A stretch of 64,000 bases of DNA from an uncultured Gemmatimonadaceae bacterium (lineage in GTDB: Bacteria; Gemmatimonadota; Gemmatimonadetes; Gemmatimonadales; Gemmatimonadaceae): positions 2,528,001-2,592,000 of the forward strand of contig CAWJMB010000002.1 in the NCBI GenBank assembly GCA_963843845.1, written 5' to 3'. Of this stretch, positions 46,475 through 60,269 are shown one piece after another. The notes under the pieces were generated by a model. That model did not search any database. It was not told the DNA's origin and saw only the letters and a program-made list of their open reading frames with translations. Made by a program: the position numbers and the translations under genes. Every line of letters starts with the position of its first letter. The stretch's first letter is position 1.

Positions 46475-47511
46475 GCTGCCCCCTGAACGAGGGCCGCGAT
46501 CTCGGACTGCACGCGCTGGATCAGCACGCGACGCTGCTCGTACGGCAGGAAGGCGCTCTCGAATCCGTTCAGCGCGACCCGCGCCAGCTCGCCGAGCGTG
46601 AAGCCGAGCTGCCGATTCGCGTGCTCGTACTCGTCGACGAGTGTCGTGCCGCTCATCAGTCGGTTGTCGGTGTTGAGCACCACGTTCAGTCCCCGGTCGA
46701 AATAGCTGCGGAACGGGTGCGCCTCGTACGACGCCGCGGCGCGCGTCTGCACATTGGACGTGAGGCAGCACTCGACGCAGATCCGGCGGTCGTTGATGTA
46801 GTCGAACAGCGACGCGTCCTCGATGATGCGCGTGCCGTGCCCGACGCGATCGCAGTTGCAGACGTGGACGGCGTCGCGCACGCTCTCGGGGCCGAAGCCT
46901 TCGCCCGCGTGACAGGTGCACGCCATGTCGTTGTCGCGCACGAGCTGGAAGGCCGGCGCGAAGCGGCGCGCCGGGAACCCCGCCTCCGGCCCCGCCATGT
47001 CGAAGCCGACGACACCTCGGTCGCGGTAGGCGAGCGCGAGCCGCGCCTGCTCGACCGCGAGGTCGAGCGGCTGGTGCTTGAGACCGCAGACGATGACGCG
47101 CGCCGTGACGTCGCGGTCGCGCTCCGCGCGCCGCAACCCGCGCAGCGGCGCCTCGATCGCGGCGCCGAGGTCCAGCCCGTCGCGCGTGTTGAGCACGGGC
47201 GCGAATCGGACCTCGAGATAGCGCACGCCCTCGTCGGCCGCGTCGACGGCGAGCTCGTAGGCGATCCGCTCGAGCGCCGCCTCGGTCTGCATCACGGACA
47301 GCGTGATCTCGAACCGCGCGAGGTAGTCCTCGAGGTTGCGGGCGTCGTCGACGCGCATGTAGTCGGCGAGCGCCGCGGCGTCGCCGCGCGGCATCGCGAC
47401 CCCCAGCTCGTCGCCGAGCTCGATGAGCGTCTGGGGGCGCACGGAGCCGTCGAGGTGGCAGTGCAGCTCGGCCTTCGGCAACCGCACGAGCAGGTCGCGC
47501 GAGATCGTCAT
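46471..47511 (-). CDS. add: Adenosine deaminase
   Basis: LPKAELHCHLDGS, YLEVRFAP, HAGE, RVGHG, SNVQT, NTDN. Confidence 0.93.
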   Translation of the reverse strand: MTISRDLLVRLPKAELHCHLDGSVRPQTLIELGDELGVAMPRGDAAALADYMRVDDARNLEDYLARFEITLSVMQTEAALERIAYELAVDAADEGVRYLEVRFAPVLNTRDGLDLGAAIEAPLRGLRRAERDRDVTARVIVCGLKHQPLDLAVEQARLALAYRDRGVVGFDMAGPEAGFPARRFAPAFQLVRDNDMACTCHAGEGFGPESVRDAVHVCNCDRVGHGTRIIEDASLFDYINDRRICVECCLTSNVQTRAAASYEAHPFRSYFDRGLNVVLNTDNRLMSGTTLVDEYEHANRQLGFTLGELARVALNGFESAFLPYEQRRVLIQRVQSEIAALVQGAA

Positions 47512-47780
47512 GCGTGGTCGTCGGTCGGTGGCGCGCTCGCCTCGCGGCGCGCCGTGATGGTGCGGTAGATCGCGCCGCCGTGGACCGGCGAATCCGACGC
47601 GATCGGCAGGCCGCGCGAATCGACGATCGCGCGCTCGCCGGACGCGACGCGCGCCGCGTCGTCGGCGTCGTGCGCGCGGACGGCGTCGACGGCGCGCGCG
47701 CCCCGCGCCACGTTCACACCGCGCTCGTTGACGTACACGCGGACGTCGGGCGCGACCGCCGAGTCGTTCGGCCCCGTCAC
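47508..47780 (-). CDS. Small hypothetical protein (possible beta-grasp fold)
   Basis: 90 aa ORF overlapping both neighbours by 4 nt (translational coupling). Confidence 0.65.
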   Translation of the reverse strand: MTGPNDSAVAPDVRVYVNERGVNVARGARAVDAVRAHDADDAARVASGERAIVDSRGLPIASDSPVHGGAIYRTITARREASAPPTDDHA

Positions 47781-49365
47781 GGCGCGCGCTCCGCCTTCAG
47801 CCGGAGCTCGTCCGGCGCGCGCACGGGCGAGCGGAGCGTGCCGAGGTAGCCGACGAGCGCGTCGAGGTCGACGATGTTGAGCGGCGTGACGGACGCCGCA
47901 CCGCGCGCGAGGGTCACGCCGTCGCCGCCGGTGACGAGGAAGTCGCTCATGACCACGGTGTACAGCCGGTCGTCAGCGAGCGGCGTTCCGTCGACCATCG
48001 TGATGGAGCCGATGCGGCTGCCCGCCGCCCGCTGCGGGTCGTAGACCATCGTCAGGCCGCTCACGTGGATGCGCGGGCGTGCCGACGCGGCGAGTCGGTC
48101 GAGGTACGCGCGGAGGGCGGCGCCGCGCACCGCGACCTTGTACAGCACGTTGCCGAACGGCGCGATCTCGAAGAGCGAGCCGTATGTCGCGCTGCCTCGC
48201 CGCAGGTCGGCGCGGATGCCGCCGTTGTTCATCAGCGCGACGTCTCCCTTCCCCGCCCACCGCTGCGCGTCGGCGATCAGATTGCCTAACGCGTACTGCT
48301 CGTCGTTCTCGCGCGCCATGTCGTCCGCGACGTCGGCGACGCGGCGGTTCACGCGGTCGGCGACCACCGCCACCGCGCGCCGCACGACCGCCGCGACCGC
48401 CGGCGGTACGCGCGTCGACGAATCGGCGACGACGTCGCGCACCTGCACGGCCGGGGCGTGGCGCCGTCGAGCGCGAGGTCGATGATGCCTAACGCGCGCC
48501 CCGTCGACCGAGCCTGCACGATCGGGATGCCGTTCACGACCACACCGATCGGCGTGTGGGTGTGGCCGCTCACGATCGCGTCGACCTTCTCGGTGACGGC
48601 GCGCGCGACGCTCACGATGTCACCGCGGCAGCCGCCCGGCAGCGTGTCGCTCGCCAGCTTCGCGTCGCAGAATGCGCCGCTGTGTGCCGTGACGATGACG
48701 ACGTCCGCACCCCGGCGGCGGAGTGACCGGGCGCGTGCGTCGATCACCGGCGCGAGCGAGTCGAAGCGGAGCTGCCGGACGTTCGCGGCGCGCGTCGTCG
48801 TCGGCGTCTCCGTGGACGCGAGCCCGACGACGCCGATCCGCACGCCGCCGCGCCGCACGATCGTGTCGGCGCGGAGCCACGGCACGGGGCGCCCGTCCGT
48901 ATACCGCACGTTCGCCCCGAGGATCGCGTACGGCGCCTCGCGGATGCGCGCGCGGAGCGTGTCGACCGACCAGTCGAACTCGTGATTGCCCAACGCCGCG
49001 GCGGAGAGGTCGAGCGCGCGGAACGCCGCCACGATCGGACGGCCGTACGCGAGGTTCGACGCGGGCGTGCCCTGGAACTCGTCGCCGCCGTCGAGCAGGA
49101 TCGACACGCAGTCGCCGCGGCACTCGGCGCGCGCCTGCGTGATCGCGGCGGCGAGCGGGCCGATGCCACCGCGCACGACGCCCTCGGCGTCGGGACGCGG
49201 CTCGAGCGCGCCGTGGACGTCGTTCGTCGCGAGGATGCGGAGTCGCCGCGGGCGAGCGGCAGGCGCCGACGCGTCCTTCTGCACGCGCGGCGACTGCCCC
49301 TCCGCGCTCGCCGCGAGCAGTGTGAGGAGGGCGCCGACGAGCAGCGGTCGAACGGGGGGTCGCAT
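47777..49365 (-). CDS. Secreted 5'-nucleotidase / UDP-sugar hydrolase (frameshift near 48460)
   Basis: Signal peptide; TNDVHG, DGGDEFQG, GNHEFD, SGHTH; C-domain NNGGIRA, PFGN, FLVTGGDG. Confidence 0.9.
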
Positions 49366-49495
49366 GCCACAAACGTAGCGCCACGTTGACGCGTCGGGCA
49401 CGCCCGACGAGGATTCCGCATGCTCACCGCTCGCCGCGCCCGATACCTGACCGTGACAGCGGCCGTGCTACCGTGATCTCCGACGGACGGGCACC

Positions 49496-50210
49496 ATGAC
49501 GAAGCCGCTCATCATCGGAATCGCAGGCGGCAGCGGGTCCGGAAAGTCGACGGTCGCGCGCCGCGTCGCCGAGGCGTTGACCGAGGCCTCGGTGGCGTTC
49601 ATCGACATGGACGCCTACTACAAGAACTTCGCGCACCTGTCGATGAGCGATCGCCGGCGCGTGAACTGGGACCACCCCGACGCGCTCGACATCGATCTCC
49701 TCGTCGACCACCTCGCGCAGCTCCACGAGCGGCGAGGCGATCGAGAAGCCGGTCTACGATTTCGTGCAGCACGTCCGCGCCGCCCGCACCGTCGCCATCG
49801 CGCCGGCGGACGTCGTCGTCATCGACGGGATCCTGCTCTTCGTCGACGCGCGCGTCCGGTCGCTCTGCGACGTGAAGGTCTACGTCGACGCCGACGCCGA
49901 CGTCCGACTCATCCGCCGGGTGCGGCGCGATCTGTCACAGCGCGGCCGGCCGCTGGACGAGATCCTCGAGCAATATCTCTCGACCGTCCGCCCGATGCAC
50001 CTGCAGTTCGTCGAGCCGAGCAAGCGGTACGCGGACGTCATCGTTCCGCGCGGCGGCCACAACGCGGTGGCGATCGAGATGATCGTCGCGAAGATCCACC
50101 GCCGGCTCGGCGCGCGCCACGCGACCCTCACCCCGGCGGGGTCGACGGTCGTCATCGACGCACCGCTGCTCGACGCAGCGTCGGATACGGCGCACGGCGG
50201 GACCGCGTGA
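49496..50210 (+). CDS. udk: Uridine kinase (frameshift near 49735)
   Basis: [45 protein letters not shown]. Confidence 0.92.
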
Positions 50211-50971
50211 GCACGCTGGTGCCGTCGATCGTCGACCGCGCGCCGGCCGAGCGCATCCTCGTCGTCGACGACGAGCCGGACATCGTCGCACTCGTCTACT
50301 ATCACCTCGCGAAGTCGGGCTATCGCGTGTCGACGGCGGCGAGCGGCGCGGAGGCGGTCGCGATCGCGTCGGCGCGAGCGGCCGGCGCTCGTCGTGCTCG
50401 ACCTCATGCTGCCGGGGATCTCAGCGGCTTCGACGTGCTCGAGCGCTGCGCGGCGACGACGCCACGCGCGGCGTCGGCGTGCTCATGCTGACCGCGCGGC
50501 GCGAGGAGCCGGACCGCATCCGCGGCCTCGCGCTCGGCGCCGACGACTACCTCACGAAGCCGTTCAGCCCGCAGGAGCTCGTGCTGCGCGTCGGCGCGAT
50601 CCTGCGCCGCGCTCGCCGGCGCGCCGCCGGAGCCGGTCGTCGGCGGCGATGTGCTGAGCGTCGGGCCGCTGCGCATCGACCGCGCGGCGATGACGGTCGA
50701 CGTCGACGGGCAGGCCGCGTGGAGCTCACGCGCGACCGAGTTCAAGCTGCTCGCTGACGCTCGCCGAGCGGCGCGGCCGCGTGCAGGCGCGCGAGCCATC
50801 TGCTCGAGACGGTGTGGGAGGCGGCGCCGGACATCCAGACGCGGACGGTGGACATGCACGTGCAGCGGCTGCGCACGAAGCTCGGCGCCGGCGGGCGATC
50901 TGATCGAGACGGTGCGCGGGTTCGGCTACCGCCTCCGCGCGCCGCAGCAGTCGCGGAGCGCCGAGCGCTAG
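50207..50971 (+). CDS. OmpR/PhoB-family response regulator (multiple frameshifts)
   Basis: [53 protein letters not shown]; PhoB-like by context. Confidence 0.85.
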
Positions 50972-50982
50972 CAGGATCGCCC

Positions 50983-52407
50983 GTGCGCGTCACGTGGCGC
51001 GTCGTCGCGTCGCTCCTCGGCGTGCTGCTCGTCGTCACCACCGTCGCACTGGCCGCGGTCGGCGCGACGCTGCGCGCCGCCGCCGACCGGGGCGCCCGCG
51101 ATCCGCTGGCCGCGCAGGCGGTGCTCGCCGACGCTCGCCTCGAGGTGGCGCTGCAGCGCGACGTGCTCGTCGCCGCGGTCGCCGGCCTCGCGACGCTCCG
51201 CCGCTCGTCTGGCTGCCGCCGCGCCGTCTCGCGCCCCCTCGCCGAGCTGCGCGACGTCGCCCGCGCGCTCGCCGCCGGTGAGCCGCGCGCGCCTCCCGGT
51301 CGACGCGCCCGGCGAGGTCGGCGACGTCGCGCGCGCCGTCGCCCGACTCGGCGAACAGGTCGGCGCCGGATGCGGGCGCGGCACGTGGAGAGCGAGCTGC
51401 TCGTGCGCGCTGAGCGAGTCGCTCACCGAAGGCGATCGTCGCGGTCGACGCGCGGCAGCCGTGGTCTACGTGAACGACGCCGCGCGCACGCTGCTGCGGG
51501 CTGCCGCGCGCGCGTGCCGTTCCCGCGCCGACCACCTGCCGCGCGACCGCGGAGCTGCGCGAGGCGCTCCGCGACGGGCTCGCGGGGCGTGCGACCGGGC
51601 CGGTGCGAGCTGCAGCTCGGCGAGCGCGTGCTCGCGCTGACGGCGCGACCGATCGCCGGCGGAACGCGGGCGCCGTGCATCGACGTTCTTCGACCTCACG
51701 CCGATCCGGCGGCTCGAGGCGATGCGGCGCGACTTCGTGGCGAACGTGTCGCACGAGCTGAAGACGCCGCTCACGGTCGTCGGCGGGTTCGCGGAGACGC
51801 TCGCCGACGAGAGCGTGCCGGCAGACGCGCGACGGCGCTTCGCGGAGACGATCCGGCGCGAACGCGCGGCGCATGCAGCGCATCGTCGACGACCTGCTCG
51901 ACCTGTCGCGCATCGAGAGCGGCGGCTGGCGCCCGCGCCCGAGCCGCTCGACGTCGCGCAGGCGGCCGAGGAGGCCTCGTCGCGGCGCGCGAGACGCGCG
52001 GTCGCGAAGGGGGTCGCGCTCGTCGTCGACGTCGCGCCCGACGCGCGACGGCGTGGGCGGACGCGACGGCGGTGCGGCAGGTGCTGTCAGCAACCTCGTG
52101 GAGAACGCCGTGCGCCACACCGCGGCGGGCGAGGTCGCGGTCGTCGCGCGCCGCGCCCGATCGCGGTGGCGACGGCATCTGGCTCGGCGTGCGCGACACC
52201 GGGGAGCGGGATCGCGCCGCAGCACCTGCCTCGCATCTTCGAGCGGTTCTACCGCGCCGACCCGGCCGATCGCGCGAAGCCGGCGGCACCGGGCTCGGCC
52301 TCGCCATCGTGAAGCACCTCGCCGAGGCGCACGGCGGCGAGGTGCGGGCGGAGAGCGCGGAGGGGGCGGGCACGACGATCGAAGTGTTCCTGCCGGACGC
52401 CGACTAA
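50983..52407 (+). CDS. PhoR-like sensor histidine kinase (multiple frameshifts)
   Basis: [44 protein letters not shown]. Confidence 0.85.
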   Translation: MRVTWRVVASLLGVLLVVTTVALAAVGATLRAAADRGARDPLAAQAVLADARLEVALQRDVLVAAVAGLATLRRSSGCRRAVSRPLAELRDVARALAAGEPRAPPGRRARRGRRRRARRRPTRRTGRRRMRARHVESELLVRAERVAHRRRSSRSTRGSRGLRERRRAHAAAGCRARVPFPRRPPAARPRSCARRSATGSRGVRPGRCELQLGERVLALTARPIAGGTRAPCIDVLRPHADPAARGDAARLRGERVARAEDAAHGRRRVRGDARRRERAGRRATALRGDDPARTRGACSASSTTCSTCRASRAAAGARARAARRRAGGRGGLVAARETRGREGGRARRRRRARRATAWADATAVRQVLSATSWRTPCATPRRARSRSSRAAPDRGGDGIWLGVRDTGERDRAAAPASHLRAVLPRRPGRSREAGGTGLGLAIVKHLAEAHGGEVRAESAEGAGTTIEVFLPDAD

Positions 52408-52596
52408 CGAACGTCGGCCCGCGGCGTCCCACCATCGCGCGCAGAGGATGCTCGTCGCCGCGTCCGGCGTCACGCACGTCGGCGGCGACGGCTGGCGCGA
52501 ACCACCCCCGTGTGTCAGACTCGCAGCGGTGACCTCGGCGCGCGCCGACGCGTCGCTCGCACGACCCTCCTGGCGCTCCTTCCTCGCCGTCGCGCA

Positions 52597-54375
<1,779 letters not shown>

Positions 54376-54388
54376 GCGTGTAACTTCC

Positions 54389-54417
54389 CGTCGTCCCGAA
54401 CGGAGCGAGGGACGACG
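54389..54417 (+). terminator. Hairpin after the lipoprotein gene
   Basis: cgtcgtccc ... gggacgacg 9 bp stem. Confidence 0.4.
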
Positions 54418-54443
54418 ACGACGCGCACGCACCCGCCTAACGC

Positions 54444-56015
54444 ATGACCACCGAAGACTCCGTCCGCATCGCCGCGATCGACATCGGCTCGAACTCGATC
54501 CGGCAGATCGTCGCCGACGTCTCCCCCGGAGGCGAGATCCGCGTCGTCGACGAGATGAAGGCGATGCCCCGGTTGGGCGCCGGCGTCGACGAGAGCGGGA
54601 TGCTGAGCGACGCGTCGATGCAGGCCGCGCTCGTCGCGCTGGGCCGGATGGCGACGCTCGCCCGTCAGGTCGGCGCGCGGCGGCTCGACGCGGTCGCCAC
54701 GAGCGCCGTGCGTGACGCGGCGAACGGGGGCGCATTTCTCGAGCGCGTGCGCGCGGAGACCGGGCTGCGCGTGCGGCTGCTCACCGGCGAGGAGGAGGCG
54801 CGCCTCGCCTTCCGCTCCGCGCTCGCGCACTTCGAGCTCGGCGCGGGACGCACCGTCATCATGGACATCGGCGGGGGGTCGCTCGAGCTCGCGCTCTCCG
54901 CGGACGGGCTGCTCGACCGGCTGGAGTCGTTCCCGTTCGGCGCCATCCGCGCGACCGAGCAATTCCTGCGCGACGGCACGAAGGAGCGCACGCTGAAGGA
55001 GCTGCGCCGCGCCGTCCGGTGGGCCGTGCGCGACCGCCTGCCGGTGAAGGAGTGGCGAGGCGCGCGCGTGATCGGGTCGGGCGGCACGTTCACGAACCTC
55101 GCGGCGATCGTGACCGCACGTCAGGGGCTGCAGACGGCGCGAAGCCGCCACGGCACGGTCGTCATCCGCAACGAGGTCGAGCACGCGCTCGATCTGCTGG
55201 CGAGCATGAGTGCCGCCGAGCGCGCGGGGGTCCCCGGGCTGAATCCGGAGCGCGCCGACATCATCGTGGCCGGACTCGCCGTCGCAGCCGAGGTGATGAC
55301 GCTCTTCGAGTCGCGCGAGCTGCACGTGTCGAGTTACGGCATTCGCGAAGGCCTGCTGCTCGAGGCCGCCCGGGTGACGCCGCGCATCGCCGACCCCGGC
55401 GAGGCCCGCGAGCGGTCGGTGCGCACCTTCGCCGAGCGCACGCACTTCGAGGCGCCGCATTCGGAGCAGGTGCGCACGCTCGCGCTCCAGCTCTACGACC
55501 AGCTCGCGGCGCGGCTCGGATGCGAACCCGGCGATCGCGAGATCCTCGCCGACGCGGCGCTGCTCCACGACGTCGGCTACCACATCTCGTACGACTCGCA
55601 CCACAAGCACTCGTATCACCTCATCCTGCACGCCGACTTCCTCGGGATGACGCCGGCCGAGCAGGTGGCGGTCGCGAACGTCGCGCGCTACCACCGCGGC
55701 CCGACGCCGAAGAAGGCGCACGCGCAGTTCGGCGCGCTCGACCGCCCGCTGCGGCGTCGCATCCGGCGGCTCGCGTCGCTCCTGCGCGTCGCGGACGGGC
55801 TGGACCGCGGTCACGCCGGCGCGGTCGACCACGTCCTCGTGACCGCGACGAAGAAGCGCCTGCGGATCGAGACGGTGCCCGTTCCGGAGGCGACGTCGCT
55901 GCGGCTCGAGGCGTGGGGCGGGCAGCGGAAGAGCGATCTGCTCGCGAAGCTGTTAGGCACGCCCGTCGAGGTCGTCGAGCCTGACGCGGCGACGGTGCGG
56001 CCCGCGACGCTCTGA
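54444..56015 (+). CDS. ppx: Exopolyphosphatase / pppGpp phosphohydrolase with HD domain
   Basis: AAIDIGSNS, ATSAVRDA, GEEEA, DIGGGSLE, GIREG, LLHDVG..HHKHS. Confidence 0.93.
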   Translation: MTTEDSVRIAAIDIGSNSIRQIVADVSPGGEIRVVDEMKAMPRLGAGVDESGMLSDASMQAALVALGRMATLARQVGARRLDAVATSAVRDAANGGAFLERVRAETGLRVRLLTGEEEARLAFRSALAHFELGAGRTVIMDIGGGSLELALSADGLLDRLESFPFGAIRATEQFLRDGTKERTLKELRRAVRWAVRDRLPVKEWRGARVIGSGGTFTNLAAIVTARQGLQTARSRHGTVVIRNEVEHALDLLASMSAAERAGVPGLNPERADIIVAGLAVAAEVMTLFESRELHVSSYGIREGLLLEAARVTPRIADPGEARERSVRTFAERTHFEAPHSEQVRTLALQLYDQLAARLGCEPGDREILADAALLHDVGYHISYDSHHKHSYHLILHADFLGMTPAEQVAVANVARYHRGPTPKKAHAQFGALDRPLRRRIRRLASLLRVADGLDRGHAGAVDHVLVTATKKRLRIETVPVPEATSLRLEAWGGQRKSDLLAKLLGTPVEVVEPDAATVRPATL

Positions 56016-56029
56016 CTCGCTGCTCGGCC

Positions 56030-56270
56030 CGACTCGCCGCTGAACGGCGGGACGCGCCGGAGGCTGCGGAACGCACCGGGGGCAGCGGGATGTGTCGTGC
56101 GGGCTGTCGGCCAGCCGGCAAGCGTGCGCCGGTCGCACCCCGCCGGGACGGTTCCACCCGGACCCTGCTCGTGCCTTCCGCGGGTGCGGTTGCGTTTCGC
56201 GACGTCAGTCGCGTCCCGAGCGTGCAGCCCCGCCGTATCGCCCCGAGTCCCGCCGCTCAGCGGTGCGTCG
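56030..56270. other. Intergenic element bounded by an inverted repeat
   Basis: ccgctgaacggcgggac (56037-56053) pairs with gtcccgccgctcagcgg (56247-56263) with one mismatch. Confidence 0.45.
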
Positions 56271-56290
56271 CGCCGTTCGGGACCGGACGG

Positions 56291-58458
56291 CTACCACCGC
56301 GCCGAGTGTTCACTCGTTCTCGTCAGGGCCTCGTCGTTCGGCACCTCGACCGGCAGCGCGTGCACCTGCCCCCACGGGTCACGCTGGAGCGTGCGGTGCG
56401 TCGCCCGCGCGGGCTCTCCGGGCGCCGGGATTCGCTGCGCGTAGCGCCCGTCCGACGCGAGGTCCCACGCCTGGCGGTTGTCCGCGAGGCACGTGTCGAG
56501 GAGCGAGCGGAGGGGCGCGTGGAGCGACGGGTCCTCGACCGGCACCATCGCCTCGACGCGCCGGTCGAAGTTCCGTGGCATCCAGTCCGCCGAGCCGATG
56601 TAGTACTCCGAGTGCTCGCCGTTCGCGAAGTAGAAGACGCGCGAGTGCTCGAGGAAGCGCCCGACGATGCTCGTCACGCGGATGCGCTCGCTGACCTCGG
56701 CTACCTGCGGCCGCAGACAGCAGATGCCGCGCACGATGAGGTCGATCTCGACCCCGGCCTGCGACGCGGAGTAGAGCGCCGCGATCGTCTCGGGGTCGAC
56801 GAGCGCGTTCATCTTCGCGATGATGCGCGCCGCGGCGCCCCGCGCGCGGCGTGCGCCGCCTCGCGTTCGATGAGCCCGATCAGTCGCGAGCGCATGTTCA
56901 CCGGCGCGACGAGCAGCTTGCGGTACAACCGCTGCCGCGAGAAGCCGGTGAGCGAATTGAACAGGTCGGACAGGTCGGCTCCGACGCTGGGGTTCGCGGT
57001 GAACAGCCCGATGTCGGTGTAGAGCCGCGCCGTCTTCGAGTTGTAGTTCCCGGTCCCGATGTGGACGTAGCGCCGCACCACGCCGTCCGGATCGCGCCGC
57101 ACGACGAGCGCGGTCTTGCAGTGCGTCTTGAGCCCCGCGCAGGCCGTACGCCACGTGAACGCCGTACCGCTCGAGCGTGCGCGCCCAGTTGATGTTGTTC
57201 ACCTCGTCGAAGCGCGCCTGCAGCTCGACGAGCACCGCAACCTGCTTCCCCGCCTGCGCCGCGTCGGCGAGCGCGCGCACGACTTCGGTGTCACCGGACG
57301 TGCGATAGAGCGTCAACTTGATCGCGATGACGTGATCGTCCTCGGCCGCCTCCTCGATGAACCGCTCGACGGTCGCGTCGAACGAGTGGAAGGGGTGGTG
57401 CACGAGCAGATCACGCTCGCGGATGACGTCGAAGATCGAGCGCCCCGCCTCGCGCAGGACGCCGGGAACGATCGGCGTGAACGGCGGGTCCTTCAGCTCC
57501 GGCAGCTCGAGCCCGACGAGCGCCATCAGGTCGCCCAGCTCGAGCAGGCGGCCCCCCTCGTGCACGTCGTCTTCCGTGAGCGCGCTCACCGACTGCGTCT
57601 CGACGTCGTTCAGCTCCTGGAGCAGCAGCCTCCGGAGCGCCGCGGGCATGCCGCCCTGCACCTCGAGTCGCACGACTTCGCCGAACCGCCTGCGGAACAC
57701 CTGCTGCTCGACCTGGTCGAGCAGATCGTCCACCTGGTCGATCTGTCCGAGGTCGAGGTCCGAGTAGCGCGTGATGCGGAAGGCGAACCAGCGCAGCACC
57801 TCCATCCCCGAAAAGAGCGCCGGCAGGTTCGCGCCGATGACCTCTTCCAGCGGGACGAACACGTTCGGCACGCCGGTCGGCACCCAGCGCGGCAGCGAGC
57901 GGGGCACCTTCACGCGCGCGAAGTGCTCGGTTCGCCCCCGCTCGCCGGATCGCGCAGCTCGACGGCGAGCGAGAGCGACAGGTTCGAGATGTACGGAAAC
58001 GGATGCCCGGGATCGACGGCGAGCGGCGTCAGCACCGGAAAGACCTGCGACTCGAAGAACTCGTCGACGGTCATCCACTCGGGCGGGGTCAGCTCCGCCA
58101 TCCGCTTGAGCACGACGCCGTGGCCGGCCAAGCGCGGGGAGCAGCTCGCGATCGAGACACTCGTTGCGCACGCGCGAGCAGCTCGGTCACGCGCCGGCGG
58201 ATCGCCGCGAGCTGCTCGGCCGGTGTGAGGCCGTCCGGCGGATACTGCGCCGCACCCTGCGCCGCCTTTCGCCGCAGGCCGGCGACGCGAACCATGAAGA
58301 ACTCGTCGAGGTTCGTGCTGAAGATCGCTGAGGAACTTGACTCGCTCGAGCAGCCGCGTGCGGCTGTCGGTCGCCTCGTGCAGCACGCGTGCGTTGAACT
58401 CGAGCCAGCTCAGCTCGCGATTGATGAACAGCGCGGTCGGCGGAAGGCGGCTACTCAC
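56291..58458 (-). CDS. ppk1: Polyphosphate kinase 1 (frameshifts)
   Basis: [63 protein letters not shown]. Confidence 0.93.
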
Positions 58459-59528
58459 GACAGAGATCCTAGCAAACGGAATGGCACCACCGCGCGCAGA
58501 ATCCAGAACGCGAGCGCCGCCATGAACGCCGACGCGGGGATCGTGAGCACCCACGCCCAGACGATACGCCCGGCGAGCCCCCACCGCACCGCCGATCAGC
58601 CGGTTCGTCGCCCCGACCCCGACGATCGAGCCCGTGATCGTGTGCGTCGTGCTGACCGGAATCCCGAAGCGCGAGGCCACGAGGATGACGATCCCGCCGC
58701 CGGTCTCGGCGCAGAAGCCGCCGACCGGGCGCAGCCTGGTGATCCGTGAGCCCATCGTGTGGACGATGCGCCACCCGCCGAACAGCGTGCCCAACGAGAT
58801 GGCGAGATAGGCGAGCGCCTCCACCCAGAGCGGCGGCGTGACGTCCGGGCGCGCGATGTAGAAGTTGCTCAGGATCCCCGTTCGCCCGGCGAAGGCCGCC
58901 TGCACCGGACCCGAGGCGAGCAGCCCGACGATGATGCCCATCGTCTTCTGCGCGTCGTTGCTGCCGTGCGCGAGCGAGAGCAGCGCGGAGCTGACGAGCT
59001 GGCCGCGCCGGAAGACGCGGTCGACCTTGGCCGGCGTGGATCGCTGGAACACGTTGAACACGAGCAGCATGAGCAGAAAGCCCATGAGCGCGCCGAGCAG
59101 CGGCGAGGCGACGATCGCGCTCAGCGTCTGCGATCCACTTGCTCCCGAAGGTGATCGCCGTCGAGCCCCGCCTTCGCGAGCGCCGCGCCGGCGAGTCCGC
59201 CGATGAGCGCGTGCGAAGAGCTCGACGGAATGCCGTAGTACCAGGTGATGAGGTTCCAGACGATCGCGCCGAGCAGCGCGGCGAAGATCAGGTTCGGCTC
59301 GACGATCTGGAGCGTCGATGAACCCGGTCGCGATGGCCTTCGCGACGGCCGTCCTCGACGAAGAACAGCGCCGAGAAGTTGAACACGGCGGCCCACACGA
59401 CAGCCGCGAGCGGGACTCAGCACCCGGGTTCCGACGATCGTCGCGATCGAGTTCGCGGAGTCATGGAAGCCGTTGATGAAGTCGAAGATGAACGCGACGA
59501 AGACGATCGCCAGGACGTAGGTGACCAC
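58455..59528 (-). CDS. pit: PiT-family inorganic phosphate transporter (frameshifts)
   Basis: FDFINGFHDSANSIAT, GIPSSSSHALIGG, HGSNDAQK, PVSTTH. Confidence 0.9.
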
Positions 59529-59539
59529 GGCCGGCGAGC

Positions 59540-60155
59540 CTAACTGTTCTTGAGCGAGATGCTCTCCAGCACGTTCGACACGTCCTCGCACTCGTCCATC
59601 GCGTCCTCGAGCTTGTCGTACAGCTCCTTCCACTTGATGACGTCGAGCGTGTTCGGCGTGCCGTCGAAGAGCGCGCCGACGGCCTCGTGGTAGATGCGCG
59701 TCCCCTTCCTCCTCGAGCGCCTTGATCTTCCGGCCGTAGCTCGGCGACCTGCGCGCGGGTGCTTGATGTCGCCGCACCGCCTCCTCGATGCACCCGCCGG
59801 CGCGCACGAGCACGTCGCTCAGGCGCAGCGCCGCCTCGCGCGTCTCGGTGATGCGGAACATGCGCGCGCGTCGCGCGGTGCCGTCGATCAGGTCGACGAC
59901 GTTGTCGAGACGGTTCGCGAGGAGGTGAATGTCCTCGCGGTCGAGCGGCGTCACGAAGCTGGTGTCGATCCGCTTGTTGACCTGATGCACCAGGTCGTCG
60001 GCTTCGTGCTCGACGTCCTTGATCTTCGCCTCGAACTCGGCGAGACGCTCCGGGTGGGTGAAGAGCTGGTGCAGCAGCTTCGCGGAGCCGGTGATGCGTT
60101 GCGCGAGCTGCGCGAACATCTCGAAGAAGCGTTCGTCGCGAGGTATCAGACGCAC
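59540..60155 (-). CDS. DUF47 / PhoU-like phosphate transport regulator (frameshifts)
   Basis: EHEADD, FVTPLDREDI..LDNVVD, LEEEGD; typical position upstream of pit. Confidence 0.88.
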
Positions 60156-60269
60156 GAAGGGAGCTCTCCCGGGGGATTGATTCGGTCAGGTGCCTGAAAT
60201 CACATCGCGCCGCCGACGAGCAGCACGCCGCGCGGCGTAACGATTCTGAAACGGCGGGAATCTACGCTC

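Noticed and set aside
57910..60155. Apparent DUF47-Pit and Pit-Ppk fusions in the ORF track
   Set aside because: Each gene has its own stop and start in another frame; the joins arise from frameshifts.
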